From Acidimicrobiia bacterium (GTDB lineage Bacteria > Actinomycetota > Acidimicrobiia > Spongiisociales > ZC4RG35), in the NCBI GenBank assembly GCA_041751055.1, contig JBGSYD010000047.1, positions 71,875 through 135,874 on the forward strand: DNA of 64,000 nt, in the 5' to 3' direction. The position numbers and the translations under genes were made by a program. Below the pieces are notes generated by a model. It searched no databases, was not told the origin of the DNA, and was given only the letters and a program-made list of their open reading frames with translations. Below are positions 18,779 to 28,054 of this stretch, one piece after another. Numbering within the stretch: position 1 is the first letter of the stretch; each line of letters begins with the position of its first letter.

Positions 18779-19656
18779 CAGCGACAGTTGTTACAGAACC
18801 TCCACAGCGCACTAAGTGGCGGCGGATTTTGACGTCTGATACCGCTGCCCGAATCACTTTCTATATAGCGATCGTCGCCGGCTGGCAACTCCTTGCCTGG
18901 CAAGTCGACCGAATGCCAGCCCCGTGGGAGACCGCTGATTTCCTCTACCGGGAGCTGACAGCGGGTTCACACGGTGGTGTGCTTACCGGTGAGTTCTGGG
19001 AACATTTCCTTGCTACCTTGCAGCGGTTCATCGCCGGATTGGCAGTTGGCTTCGTGATCGGTGTCATCCTCGGGATAGCCATTGGTTCTTTCAACTTCGT
19101 ACGCAGTCTGCTCAACGACGTGATGCTGGTGTTCCTGGCCCTCCCGGCGGTTATCTGGGCCTTTCTCACTGTCATGTGGTTCGGCCTGGGATGGGAGGCT
19201 CCGGTCTACACGGTGATTCTGGCGACCATCCCGTTTGTGGCGGTAAATGTTGCTCAAGGCGTGCGTGCGGTGTCCCCAGATCTACATCGGATGTCTGATG
19301 CATTTGATGTTCCCCGACAGCGGCGACTACGCCATCTGCTCCTCCCGTCGATTACCGGGTACCTGTTCACGGGGTTGCGGTTTGCGGTGATCATCGGGTG
19401 GAACGCCGTTTTGTTGGCAGAGTGGTTTGGAGCATCGAACGGAGTGGGATGGCGATCCCGCTACTGGTATGACGCGGCGAGATATCGGGGATTTCTCGGT
19501 TGGGTCCTGGTCTTCATTGCCTTCATTTTCGTGTTGGACGGTTTAGTGATGCGACCCCTACAGCGACGGGCGTTTCGCTGGAGAGATGGCGGCGCAGAGG
19601 GTGACGGCGATCGTCCCGAGTCCGCAATCGAAAAGATGGCAGCAACAGGTGTTTAG
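18775..19656 (+). CDS. ABC transporter permease (second membrane subunit)
   Basis: The ATG at 18775 overlaps the upstream TGA in ATGA form. Hydrophobic, with an EAA-like loop (AFDVPRQRRLRHLLLP). Confidence 0.75.
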   Translation: MTATVVTEPPQRTKWRRILTSDTAARITFYIAIVAGWQLLAWQVDRMPAPWETADFLYRELTAGSHGGVLTGEFWEHFLATLQRFIAGLAVGFVIGVILGIAIGSFNFVRSLLNDVMLVFLALPAVIWAFLTVMWFGLGWEAPVYTVILATIPFVAVNVAQGVRAVSPDLHRMSDAFDVPRQRRLRHLLLPSITGYLFTGLRFAVIIGWNAVLLAEWFGASNGVGWRSRYWYDAARYRGFLGWVLVFIAFIFVLDGLVMRPLQRRAFRWRDGGAEGDGDRPESAIEKMAATGV

Positions 19657-19672
19657 ACATGGAGGCTTTTAG

Positions 19673-20434
19673 ATGGCGACTCTGAGTGTGAAGGAGCTAA
19701 CCAAGACGTTCCCCGCGGTCAGCGGGGGTGGGCAACCGGTTCGCGCCATCGGGGATGTCTCATTCGAAATGTCCGGACAGGTGTTCGTGTCACTGGTAGG
19801 GCCATCCGGTTGTGGCAAGAGCACGCTGCTCAACATCGTCTCCGGTGTCGACACCCCCTCAACAGGGTCGGTGACCGTCACACAGGATGGGAAGCCTGCC
19901 CGCCTTGGATATGTGTTTCAGGATCCGCGCCTCCTTCCATGGAGGACCGTGATGCAAAACATGATGTATGTGAGCGATCTGCAGGAGGAAGAGTCGAGGC
20001 TCAATGCTCGCCGCTACCTGGACATGGTCGGATTGGCCCACGCCGAGGACATGTTCCCGGGACAGCTGTCTGGCGGCATGCAACAACGTGTTGGAATTGC
20101 TCGGGCCTTTTCGGTAGGTCCCGATTTGTTACTCATGGATGAGCCTTTCAGCCATCTCGACGCCATCACCGCGCGTTCGCTCCGGGATCAACTACAGGAG
20201 ATGTGGAATGAGACAAAGAAAACCGTCTTGTTCGTGACTCACGACGTCATGGAAGCAGTTCAACTCTCCAACAGGATCATCACCCTGGCCCACGGTGGTG
20301 TTGTGTTCGACGACACCGCGATCGACTTGCCGTTCCCGCGTAAGGCGTCCGATCCCGAATTCGCCCAGCACCAGGCAACGCTCCTTGGCCGTTTTGAGGA
20401 TATGGAGGCAGAACGCACCGCCGGGGGCGGCTAG
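19673..20434 (+). CDS. ABC transporter ATP-binding protein (SsuB/TauB/NrtD-like)
   Basis: Walker A GPSGCGKST, signature LSGGMQQRV, Walker B LLLMDEP. Confidence 0.85.
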   Translation: MATLSVKELTKTFPAVSGGGQPVRAIGDVSFEMSGQVFVSLVGPSGCGKSTLLNIVSGVDTPSTGSVTVTQDGKPARLGYVFQDPRLLPWRTVMQNMMYVSDLQEEESRLNARRYLDMVGLAHAEDMFPGQLSGGMQQRVGIARAFSVGPDLLLMDEPFSHLDAITARSLRDQLQEMWNETKKTVLFVTHDVMEAVQLSNRIITLAHGGVVFDDTAIDLPFPRKASDPEFAQHQATLLGRFEDMEAERTAGGG

Positions 20435-21312
20435 CGGTCCAGGTTCGCTCGCCCTTCGAGTAGGCGGGCAAGTGCTGCCGCATCCAGCTCGCCAAGTCCT
20501 CTCTCCACTGCGTCCCGGTATAGCGGGAGGGACGCGTCGAGAAGCGGCGTGGGCACACCGAGAGAGCGTGCGTGGTTGCCGATTATGTCGATGTCCTTGA
20601 GAAACATCTGTAGTTTCGCAGCTGCCGGATAGTCGTCATCGACGATCATCGGGCCCCGAATCTCGAAGATCTTCGAACTCCCGACGCCCGCAGAGATCAC
20701 CTGGAGGATCTGCTCAGGAGCGAGCCCGCTCTTCATGCCGAGGGTGAATGCTTCCGCCGTGGCAAGGTTGTGTATCGACACCAGCAGGTTTGCAACGAAC
20801 TTCATTTTCGAGCCATTCCCGAAGGCCCCAAGATCAAAGGTAGCTTTCGCGATCGCATCGAAGATCGGCCGCGCTTTGGAAAGAGCAGCCGGCGCGCCGC
20901 TGGCATAAACCACTATCTCAGCCGATTCGGCCTGGAGTCCGGTACCGCTCACCGGCGCATCGAGCAAGTCGGTACCACCCTGCGCCAGTGACTCGAGGGC
21001 CTCCACTTTCGTGTCCAAAGGGAGCGTGCCCATTTCGATGACAACAAGCCCCGGGCGAGAAGCTCCGAGAAGGCCCCCTTCACCACTGAGCATGTCCGAG
21101 AAGGCAGCGACAGAGGCCAGAGCGACAAGGACGACATCTGATCCGTCTCCTACCGCTCCTGCCGACTGGACCGGGTGACCACCGAGGGCTTCGAGCTGAT
21201 CGAGCCGGGACTGCTCGATATCTGTCCCGATCACTTCAAATCCCGCATTAATCAGATTTCGGGCGTATGCGAGTCCCATGATCCCGAGTCCAATCACACC
21301 GACATGACTCAT
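20431..21312 (-). CDS. 3-hydroxyisobutyrate dehydrogenase-family NAD(P)-dependent oxidoreductase
   Basis: Start placed at MSHVGVIGLGIMG (Rossmann). The longer ORF to 21360 would overlap the upstream gene. HIBADH-like pattern. Confidence 0.7.
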   Translation of the reverse strand: MSHVGVIGLGIMGLAYARNLINAGFEVIGTDIEQSRLDQLEALGGHPVQSAGAVGDGSDVVLVALASVAAFSDMLSGEGGLLGASRPGLVVIEMGTLPLDTKVEALESLAQGGTDLLDAPVSGTGLQAESAEIVVYASGAPAALSKARPIFDAIAKATFDLGAFGNGSKMKFVANLLVSIHNLATAEAFTLGMKSGLAPEQILQVISAGVGSSKIFEIRGPMIVDDDYPAAAKLQMFLKDIDIIGNHARSLGVPTPLLDASLPLYRDAVERGLGELDAAALARLLEGRANLDR

Positions 21313-21352
21313 GGCGGTCTCTCCGTGGGCCGGGATCGACGACGACGGGGCC

Positions 21353-22141
21353 TCACCCATCGAGAAAGCCTCTGAGAACCCGCACCAGCGCCTCAGGCTG
21401 TTCTATCTGCGGGCAATGCCCGCATTCTGCGATCAACTCGAATTGGGCGTCGGGAATCGAGGAGGCGGCAGCCCTACCCATTTCCGGCGGTGTCGTCTGG
21501 TCGATTTCCCCGGCGATAATCATCGTCTGCTTGCTTATCTCGGACAGCTGTTCGCTCAGGTCGAGTGTGGCAAGAGCCAGGCACGCAGCCGAAAAGGCGC
21601 CGGGGTCGATCATTTCGAGAACCAACCTGCGCTCGCCGAGGGCCGCTGGGTGAGCAGCCTGGAACTGCGCGGGGAAGATCCTTTTGAGTGCCACATCGGC
21701 TACGGCGGCCATTCCGCCCGACATGGCCAGGTGGCTCATGTTGGTGAACGCAACACGCCGTTCAGAGCTAAACCCGGCGCCGCAGTTGGAGGCGATGAGC
21801 GATCCAAAAGATTCGCCGTGCTCGATGGCAAGTTTCAATGCCACAAACGCCCCTAGCCCGTTCCCGAGAACGCTCGTCAGTGGGCTGCATCCGACGGCAC
21901 CCATTGCCGTGGCGACGAAATCGGCAAGATCGGTGATCGATACCGACCCTCTGATAAGCGGAGTAGAGGCACCGAAACCAGGCAGGTACACGCGGTGCAC
22001 GGTGTGATCATTCTCCAGCGACCCGACAACACCGTCAAAGGCTTCAGGCCCGGTCAATAGGGAGTGGATGATGACGAGCTCGGGCCCCGCTCCCGATGTG
22101 TCCACCTGGACTGCTCCCGTCTCGATTTCGAGCACAGTCAC
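21353..22141 (-). CDS. alpha/beta hydrolase fold protein
   Basis: 262 aa with HSLL oxyanion region, nucleophile elbow GNGLGAF, and a C-terminal catalytic His (ECGHCPQ). Confidence 0.7.
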   Translation of the reverse strand: MTVLEIETGAVQVDTSGAGPELVIIHSLLTGPEAFDGVVGSLENDHTVHRVYLPGFGASTPLIRGSVSITDLADFVATAMGAVGCSPLTSVLGNGLGAFVALKLAIEHGESFGSLIASNCGAGFSSERRVAFTNMSHLAMSGGMAAVADVALKRIFPAQFQAAHPAALGERRLVLEMIDPGAFSAACLALATLDLSEQLSEISKQTMIIAGEIDQTTPPEMGRAAASSIPDAQFELIAECGHCPQIEQPEALVRVLRGFLDG

Positions 22142-22157
22142 ATCAGGGGCGGACCGT

Positions 22158-23663
22158 CTAATTGAGGCGCTGATTGTCGCCCCCGTACCAGTCGACGTCC
22201 TCCGTGGCGGTGCGAATGGTCACGGAGCGCACATGGGTGAAATCGTGGAAAGACTCCCATCCACCTTCCCGACCCGACCCGCTGTCACGCACGCCTCCCC
22301 ATGGTGATGCCGGGTCCAGACGGTGATGGTCGTTGACCCACACGATGCCGTGGCTTAGCCGGTTGGCGACGCGGTGAGCCCTGGCCACGTCGTTAGTCCA
22401 GATCGAGGACCCGAGCCCATAGCGTGAGTCATTTGCCTGGCTGACGGCGTCGTCTTCATCCGTGAAAGGGATCACAACTGCCACGGGGCCAAAGATCTCT
22501 TCCCGGGCGCAACGCATGAGGTTGCTCACGTTTCTCAAGACTGTCGGCTCGACGAAGTACCCAGGGGGTAGAGACTCTCCGGTTGCCGCCTGCCCTCCGC
22601 AGGCCACCACGGCACCTTCCTCCTTGCCTAGTGCGATGTAGTCGAGAATTCGCTGTTGGGCTTTCTCGCTGACGACCGGGCCGAGTTGCGTCTCCGGTAA
22701 TGCGGGGTCACCGATTTGGATCCGTGAAGCCTGCTTCACCAATTCATCCACGAACTCGTCATATATCGTTTCCTGAACCAGGATCCGGCTGCCACAGATG
22801 CATGTTTGCCCGGCGGCTATGAACGCACCGAAGGCTGCTCCGCGAGCTGAGGTAAGGACGTCCTGGTCATCAAAAACGATCACTGGCGTTTTGCCGCCCA
22901 GCTCCACCGTGACCTTGGCAAAGCGGGTCGCGGCCGCAATGGAGACCTGTCTTCCTGGTTCGGTGCCCCCTGTGAATATCACTTTCCCCACATCAGGGTG
23001 TTCGCTGAGGCGTTTGCCGGCTGTGACCCCTATCCCGGGTACCACGTTCAGCACCCCCGGAGGGATCCCGGCCTCCAGCGCCATATCACCGAGCATCAAA
23101 CATGTGAATGGGGTGAGCTCTGAGGGCTTCAGAACAACGCTGTTTCCTGTGGCCAGGGCCGGTGCGAGACTTTTTGAGGAGATCATCAACGGATGGTTGA
23201 ACGAGCTGAGGATCCCAACAACGCCTATCGGGAAGCGTGATGTGTAGGAGTGATAAGGGCCGGGCATCGGGATCACGCTGTTGCGATCGGCCAGCAGCAA
23301 CGATGCGTTGTAGCGGTACCAATCCCCGAGACGTGTTACCTGGGCTCTGGTTTCAGTTATAGGTCGACCATTGTTCTTAGTTTCGAGGCGAAACAGGTCT
23401 TCGAGGTGGGCATCGATCAGATCAGCGATTGCGTGGAGGGTCGAAGATCGGTCTCGGATCGGTTTTTCTGACCACGTGCCTCTGTCGAAGGCATTTTTGG
23501 CGGCGGCCACCGCTGCGTCGATGTCTTGTTCGGTCGCGAGCGCGCTTCTTCCAAAGACTTGCCCGTCGGTGGGGTTGACGATGTCGGCCATCTCCCCGGT
23601 CGACGACATCACTTCTTTGCCATCGATGATCAGCCCGTGTTCGATCAAACCTGATTCACTCAT
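22158..23663 (-). CDS. NAD(P)-dependent aldehyde dehydrogenase
   Basis: Catalytic Glu (ELGGKTP) and Cys (GQTCICGSRIL) motifs, and the NAD motif FTGGTEPG. The start is chosen at MSESGLIEHG, giving about 500 aa. The ORF upstream to 23942 is taken as non-coding extension. Confidence 0.85.
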   Translation of the reverse strand: MSESGLIEHGLIIDGKEVMSSTGEMADIVNPTDGQVFGRSALATEQDIDAAVAAAKNAFDRGTWSEKPIRDRSSTLHAIADLIDAHLEDLFRLETKNNGRPITETRAQVTRLGDWYRYNASLLLADRNSVIPMPGPYHSYTSRFPIGVVGILSSFNHPLMISSKSLAPALATGNSVVLKPSELTPFTCLMLGDMALEAGIPPGVLNVVPGIGVTAGKRLSEHPDVGKVIFTGGTEPGRQVSIAAATRFAKVTVELGGKTPVIVFDDQDVLTSARGAAFGAFIAAGQTCICGSRILVQETIYDEFVDELVKQASRIQIGDPALPETQLGPVVSEKAQQRILDYIALGKEEGAVVACGGQAATGESLPPGYFVEPTVLRNVSNLMRCAREEIFGPVAVVIPFTDEDDAVSQANDSRYGLGSSIWTNDVARAHRVANRLSHGIVWVNDHHRLDPASPWGGVRDSGSGREGGWESFHDFTHVRSVTIRTATEDVDWYGGDNQRLN

Positions 23664-23865
23664 GTCTTTCACTACCGCCTTCGTGATTTGTGAGAATCTT
23701 AAGCTCGATTTCACCATGGCTTCGTCGACGGGTTGACTGCCCGCATCGCAATAGAGCCCGGGCTGCCCGTTTATCGGTTCCGGGATGTCCATCTGAGTGA
23801 CCCCGACAGCTACCCCATGAAGCTGTGGATTAGAAGCGAGCCGTCGGGTCGCTACATTCACCTCT

Positions 23866-24861
23866 ATGGAAGAAGAACGAATCGCTCTGTTTGTCGATTT
23901 TGAGAACCTTGCAATCGGGGCACGGGAAGCTTTGGGGGGCATGGAGTTCGATTTCGAGCCAATTGCAAACGCCCTCGCCGAACGAGGCCGGGTCGTCGCC
24001 CGGAAGGCCTACGCGGATTGGACGATGTTCGACAATGCCCGGCAGAACATGACGCGGAGCCACGTCGAGCTGATAGAAATCCCACAGCGGATGGGAGCAA
24101 CCCGAAAGAACGCTGCCGACATCAAGATGGCCGTTGACGCCATCGAATTGGCCTTCGAACGCGACTATGTGACCACGTTCGTGATCTGTACGGGCGATAG
24201 CGACTTCACACCTCTCGTCCACAAGCTGCGGGAGCTGAACAAGAAGGTGATTGGCGTGGGCGTGAAGGCGTCGACGTCCGCACTGCTGCCCCCGGCGTGT
24301 GATGAATTCCTCTTTTACGAGAACCTGGAGGGTATCGATCCCCGACCGGCGGAAACCTCCTCCAGCGATTCAACAGCGCCTCCCCAACTCGAGGCCCTCA
24401 TCACGACCACCCTGGCAGGACTCGGCCGCACGAGCGGGGGTGAGGTTCTCGCTTCCTCCCTGAAGCGGGCCCTCTTGCGGAAGGACTCGACTTTCTCCGA
24501 GACCGATCACGGATATCGGGCCTTTGGTGAGCTGCTCCGGGACCTGGAGAGCCAGGGCATCGTTGAACTTTCCGAGGGACCGGGCCGTGGAGACCCAATG
24601 GTTCAATTCCCCTCCAAGGGGAGCGGAGAGGAGGCCGCCTTCGCCTTGCTGGCCGGCGTTGTCTCAGAACTTTCGGGTAAGAACGGTCAGGTCCTTCTCT
24701 CCGGGCTGAAGAACCAGCTGCGGAAGAAAGACCCGGAGTTCTCGGAGAAGAAATTCGGCTATGGCGGATTTCTCCAATTCTGCAAAGGTGCTGAGCGTCG
24801 CGGGCTCATCGAGCTGAATTGGGATCAAGGAGCCGAGGATTACACGGTGGCGCCGGGGTGA
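23866..24861 (+). CDS. NYN (LabA-like) nuclease-domain protein with two C-terminal OST-HTH/LOTUS domains
   Basis: N-terminal IALFVDFENL...TFVICTGDSDFTPLVHKLRE is the NYN/LabA pattern. It is followed by two repeats of the form ...LLRK(K)D..FSE...GY..F..L.......G..EL, which is OST-HTH-like. Confidence 0.65.
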   Translation: MEEERIALFVDFENLAIGAREALGGMEFDFEPIANALAERGRVVARKAYADWTMFDNARQNMTRSHVELIEIPQRMGATRKNAADIKMAVDAIELAFERDYVTTFVICTGDSDFTPLVHKLRELNKKVIGVGVKASTSALLPPACDEFLFYENLEGIDPRPAETSSSDSTAPPQLEALITTTLAGLGRTSGGEVLASSLKRALLRKDSTFSETDHGYRAFGELLRDLESQGIVELSEGPGRGDPMVQFPSKGSGEEAAFALLAGVVSELSGKNGQVLLSGLKNQLRKKDPEFSEKKFGYGGFLQFCKGAERRGLIELNWDQGAEDYTVAPG

Positions 24862-26090
24862 ATGCCGACGTGGTCGTGGTCGGGGCCGGGATTATCGGCG
24901 CCTCGATCGGATACCAACTCGGAAAGCACAAAGCCGGAAGCGTCGTTGTGGTCGACAAAGGGATGGGCCCCTCCGAAGGGTCGACAGGGGCCTCGTCTTC
25001 GATCTGCCGCTGTCGTTACACAAACCCGGAAGTAGTTCGTCTTGCCTTCCACGGTCAGGAGGCTTACGGGAATTGGGGAGAGTTCCTCGAGATCGAACAC
25101 CCGAGGTCGGGTCTGCAGCGCTATGGAGTCTTGTGGATGATGGGCGAGTCGGCAGAAAAGGTGAACCAGGACGTCGCCAAGCTCGCCAGCCAGGGTGTGA
25201 GCGCCGAAGCGATGTCTCCTAGCGACCTCGGCGACCGGTTCCCGGCCCTATCGACATGTACTGCGCTATTTGATATGACCGGGGCGATCGAGCATGAGTG
25301 CTCGACAGAAGGCGCTTTTTTGTTTGAGACCGATGGCGGTTACGCCGACCCTGTAGGCGCGAATCAGGACCTCATCGAAGCCGCACGGACCAAAGGTGTC
25401 GAGGTTCGGTTTCGCTCACAGGTGACGGAAGTGATCAAGGCCGGTGATGGGGTTCATGGCGTCAAGCTCGCCGACGGCACTGAAATCCACGCTGGTCTTG
25501 TTATCAACGCTTCGGGGCCATGGTGCAACCAGCTGAACCGAATGGCCGGCGCTGACCTCTCCTGGACATTGACCCCGACTCGGGTTCAAACCATCTATCG
25601 CGAGTGGCCGGATGAGCTGGGCCCAATTCCCGTCGGGGCCGACACGAGCACGGGCATCTACTTCAGGCCGGAGTCGGGAGGTCAGCAAGTCCTGGTTGGG
25701 TCGGTCCTGCCCGAAGACGAAGAGGAGGCTGTGGGCGACCCCGACACCTTCAAACGCACACCGGACGCCGAATTCACCCAGATGAAACTCGCCGCATTCC
25801 ATCACCGGATCCCCGACCTCGAGGCGCGGGGCAAGGTCTCGGGCGTCGCAGGTCTCTACACGATCAACCGCGAAGACGTCCACCCCGTCGTCGGTCCGAC
25901 CGACGTTGGTAACTTCTGGGTCGCCAACGGCTTTTCAGGACACGGCTTCAAGCTCGCTCCTGCTGTCGGTTCGATGGTCGCGCAGGCAATAAGCGGCGAG
26001 AGGTTGGAGTCGGATACCGATGTGCCTATCGACTTCTTTGCATGTGACCGGGATCCGATCTCAGTTGAAGTGAAAAGCGTCCTCGCGTGA
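24858..26090 (+). CDS. FAD-dependent oxidoreductase (DAO family; sarcosine/glycine/D-amino-acid oxidase-like)
   Basis: N-terminal ADVVVVGAGIIGASIG Rossmann motif and a C-terminal GHGFKLAP motif. The start is ambiguous: GTG 24858 overlaps the upstream stop in GTGA form, and TTG 24819 is the alternative. Confidence 0.7.
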   Translation: MNADVVVVGAGIIGASIGYQLGKHKAGSVVVVDKGMGPSEGSTGASSSICRCRYTNPEVVRLAFHGQEAYGNWGEFLEIEHPRSGLQRYGVLWMMGESAEKVNQDVAKLASQGVSAEAMSPSDLGDRFPALSTCTALFDMTGAIEHECSTEGAFLFETDGGYADPVGANQDLIEAARTKGVEVRFRSQVTEVIKAGDGVHGVKLADGTEIHAGLVINASGPWCNQLNRMAGADLSWTLTPTRVQTIYREWPDELGPIPVGADTSTGIYFRPESGGQQVLVGSVLPEDEEEAVGDPDTFKRTPDAEFTQMKLAAFHHRIPDLEARGKVSGVAGLYTINREDVHPVVGPTDVGNFWVANGFSGHGFKLAPAVGSMVAQAISGERLESDTDVPIDFFACDRDPISVEVKSVLA

Positions 26091-26959
26091 TATTCCTGGA
26101 CGCGGTTGCGACCCGAATCAGTCTGCCAATCGATGGCGCAATTGGTGCTATGAGGTTGGCTTTTTCGGGCGATAGTGAAGCCCCGCTGAGGATGCAGTTG
26201 GGCTCCTCGCTCTTCATGCCGGGCCGGCTCAACGAGATTACGGCCGTCAAAGTGGTGGCCACTACGCCCGGCAACCCGGTTGGGCTTGTCGCAGTTTTCG
26301 ATTCTCAGGGGTCACCGCTTGGTGTCGTTGACGGCCCCACCTTGACTTCGATTCGCACCGGGGCCGTAGTTGGCCTTGCCACCGACCTGTTGGCTAGCCC
26401 ATCAGCCTCGACTCTGGCCATGCTCGGTGCCGGCGCCATGGCCTTCGATCAGGTGGCGGCAGTGAAAGCGGTTCGGGACATCGATCGGGTGTTGGTGTGG
26501 TCTCGCGATCGGACTCGCGCCTCCGACCTGGCGCGCCGCGTTGGTGGAGATGTGGTGGACCATCCCGACGAAGCCGTTTCCGTCTCATCCATCATCGCCT
26601 GCGCCACCCCATCGACATCACCGCTTTTCTCGGCGTCCTCGGTCCAGCCAGGAACCCATGTCAACGCGGTGGGCGCGTTCCGCCCGGACATGGTGGAAGT
26701 GCCTGCCGAGACAGTGGCGAGAGCCTATGTAGTGGTCGACGATTACGAAGCCGCGTCTGAAGAGGCCGGAGACCTGATCCAGGCCGATCGGTTGGCCAAC
26801 TCCGATCTTCGCGAATTGCTCGCTGACATCGGCCCCGCCATCGGCGAAGACGTCACCTTCTTCAAGAGCGTCGGCGTTGCAGCCCAGGATGTGGCTGCCG
26901 GACACCTTGCTCTCCTTAACGCCGAGCGCGAGGGAGTGGGAGTCTTCGTAGGCTCTTAG
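26087..26959 (+). CDS. ornithine cyclodeaminase / mu-crystallin family protein
   Basis: MLGAGAMAFDQVAAVKAVRDIDRVLVWSR is the NAD-binding signature of the OCD/mu-crystallin family. The start overlaps the upstream stop in ATGA form. Confidence 0.7.
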   Translation: MIFLDAVATRISLPIDGAIGAMRLAFSGDSEAPLRMQLGSSLFMPGRLNEITAVKVVATTPGNPVGLVAVFDSQGSPLGVVDGPTLTSIRTGAVVGLATDLLASPSASTLAMLGAGAMAFDQVAAVKAVRDIDRVLVWSRDRTRASDLARRVGGDVVDHPDEAVSVSSIIACATPSTSPLFSASSVQPGTHVNAVGAFRPDMVEVPAETVARAYVVVDDYEAASEEAGDLIQADRLANSDLRELLADIGPAIGEDVTFFKSVGVAAQDVAAGHLALLNAEREGVGVFVGS

Positions 26960-27047
26960 CCAGGCGAATCGGAAGTTTTTCGAGACACTGACCCCAACCG
27001 GCCCCGATATCGGCGACCATTGAACATCCCTCCAAGTGGGAGGCAGG

Positions 27048-27263
27048 TTACGCCGGCTTGGCGCCGCGAATCTCCAGTGAATGGAGGAGGTGCTCAGAGA
27101 TTCGTGCGATGTCCTCTACGGCTTCGTCGAAAACTTCCTTGTTATGTGAGGCCGGCTGGCGAAATCCGCTGATCTTGCGGACGAACTGAAGCGCTGCTGC
27201 CTCTACTTCTTCGCTTGGTGCTGGTGTTGCCCCCTCGCGGAGGACTTTGATGGAACGGCACAT
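27048..27263 (-). CDS. small conserved protein (DUF2277-like)
   Basis: 71-aa ORF beginning MCRSIKVL, 16 nt downstream of ung on the same strand. The family assignment is from memory only. Confidence 0.4.
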   Translation of the reverse strand: MCRSIKVLREGATPAPSEEVEAAALQFVRKISGFRQPASHNKEVFDEAVEDIARISEHLLHSLEIRGAKPA

Positions 27264-27279
27264 TGTCTGAATCTAGTGG

Positions 27280-27951
27280 TCACATGGAAGGGAGGCACCA
27301 GTCGATCGGACTTCTTCCAGCAGCTCGGAGCGCCGCGTTCGTCTTTGAGAATGGCCGGCTGCCGAAGAAGCCCCGATGCGCCGAGAGCGGTGACGGGTGC
27401 GGGGACTCGATGACCACGTGGCGGTTGATATCGATCATCTGCCGTTTCTGCCGGGCGGAAGAGCCCCACAGAATGAATACCACTCTCTCCTGTTTGTCGT
27501 TGACAACTTGTATCACGCGATCAGTGAAAATCTCCCAGCCTTTCTTCTGGTGACTCGCTGCTCGTCGGGCGCGAACCGTGAGTGTTGCGTTCAGCAACAA
27601 GACGCCCTGATGGGCCCAGTGCTCGAGCGAGCCGTGATTGGGGACAGCGCATCCAAGATCGGCGTGGAGTTCCTGATGAATGTTTGCCAGGGAAGGCGGC
27701 GGATCCACACCTGGTCTGACCGAGAAACAGAGCCCGTGGGCCTGGCCGGGGCCGTGATAAGGATCCTGGCCGAGGATCAGCGCTTTGACCCCGGCGAATG
27801 GGGTGAAGTGCAGCGCCGAGAAGACTTCCCCCTCCGGGGGATAGACGTTGTGCTGAGCCCGCTCGTTTTTCACAAACGTCATCAGTTCGGCCCAGTACGG
27901 CTTGCTGAGCTCATCGGCCAGAAGAGGGTTCCAGTCAGTCCGCGTGGCCAT
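27280..27951 (-). CDS. ung: uracil-DNA glycosylase (family 1)
   Basis: Hallmark motifs GQDPYHGPGQAHGLCFSV and the C-terminal HPSPLSA. Confidence 0.9.
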   Translation of the reverse strand: MATRTDWNPLLADELSKPYWAELMTFVKNERAQHNVYPPEGEVFSALHFTPFAGVKALILGQDPYHGPGQAHGLCFSVRPGVDPPPSLANIHQELHADLGCAVPNHGSLEHWAHQGVLLLNATLTVRARRAASHQKKGWEIFTDRVIQVVNDKQERVVFILWGSSARQKRQMIDINRHVVIESPHPSPLSAHRGFFGSRPFSKTNAALRAAGRSPIDWCLPSM

Positions 27952-28054
27952 GGACCCGATCCTAAAAGCTGGCCAGCACGGTGCCCAAAAAACGACCCGA
28001 TCTGTGCTTGAGGAGAGCGGGAAATCTGCGCCGACCCGTTACCGTCTGAAGTCG

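Noticed and set aside
27028-27043. Possible bidirectional terminator hairpin CCCTCC-AAGTG-GGGAGG between convergent OCD-family and DUF2277 genes
   Set aside because: The two arms are not actually complementary beyond 3 bp plus a wobble. It is too weak to call.
27950-28054. Longer ClC start at ATG 27950 (or 27902)
   Set aside because: It would overlap the divergent ung start codon at 27951 and add an N-terminal extension with no ClC counterpart. ATG 28055 leaves a normal 100-nt divergent promoter region.
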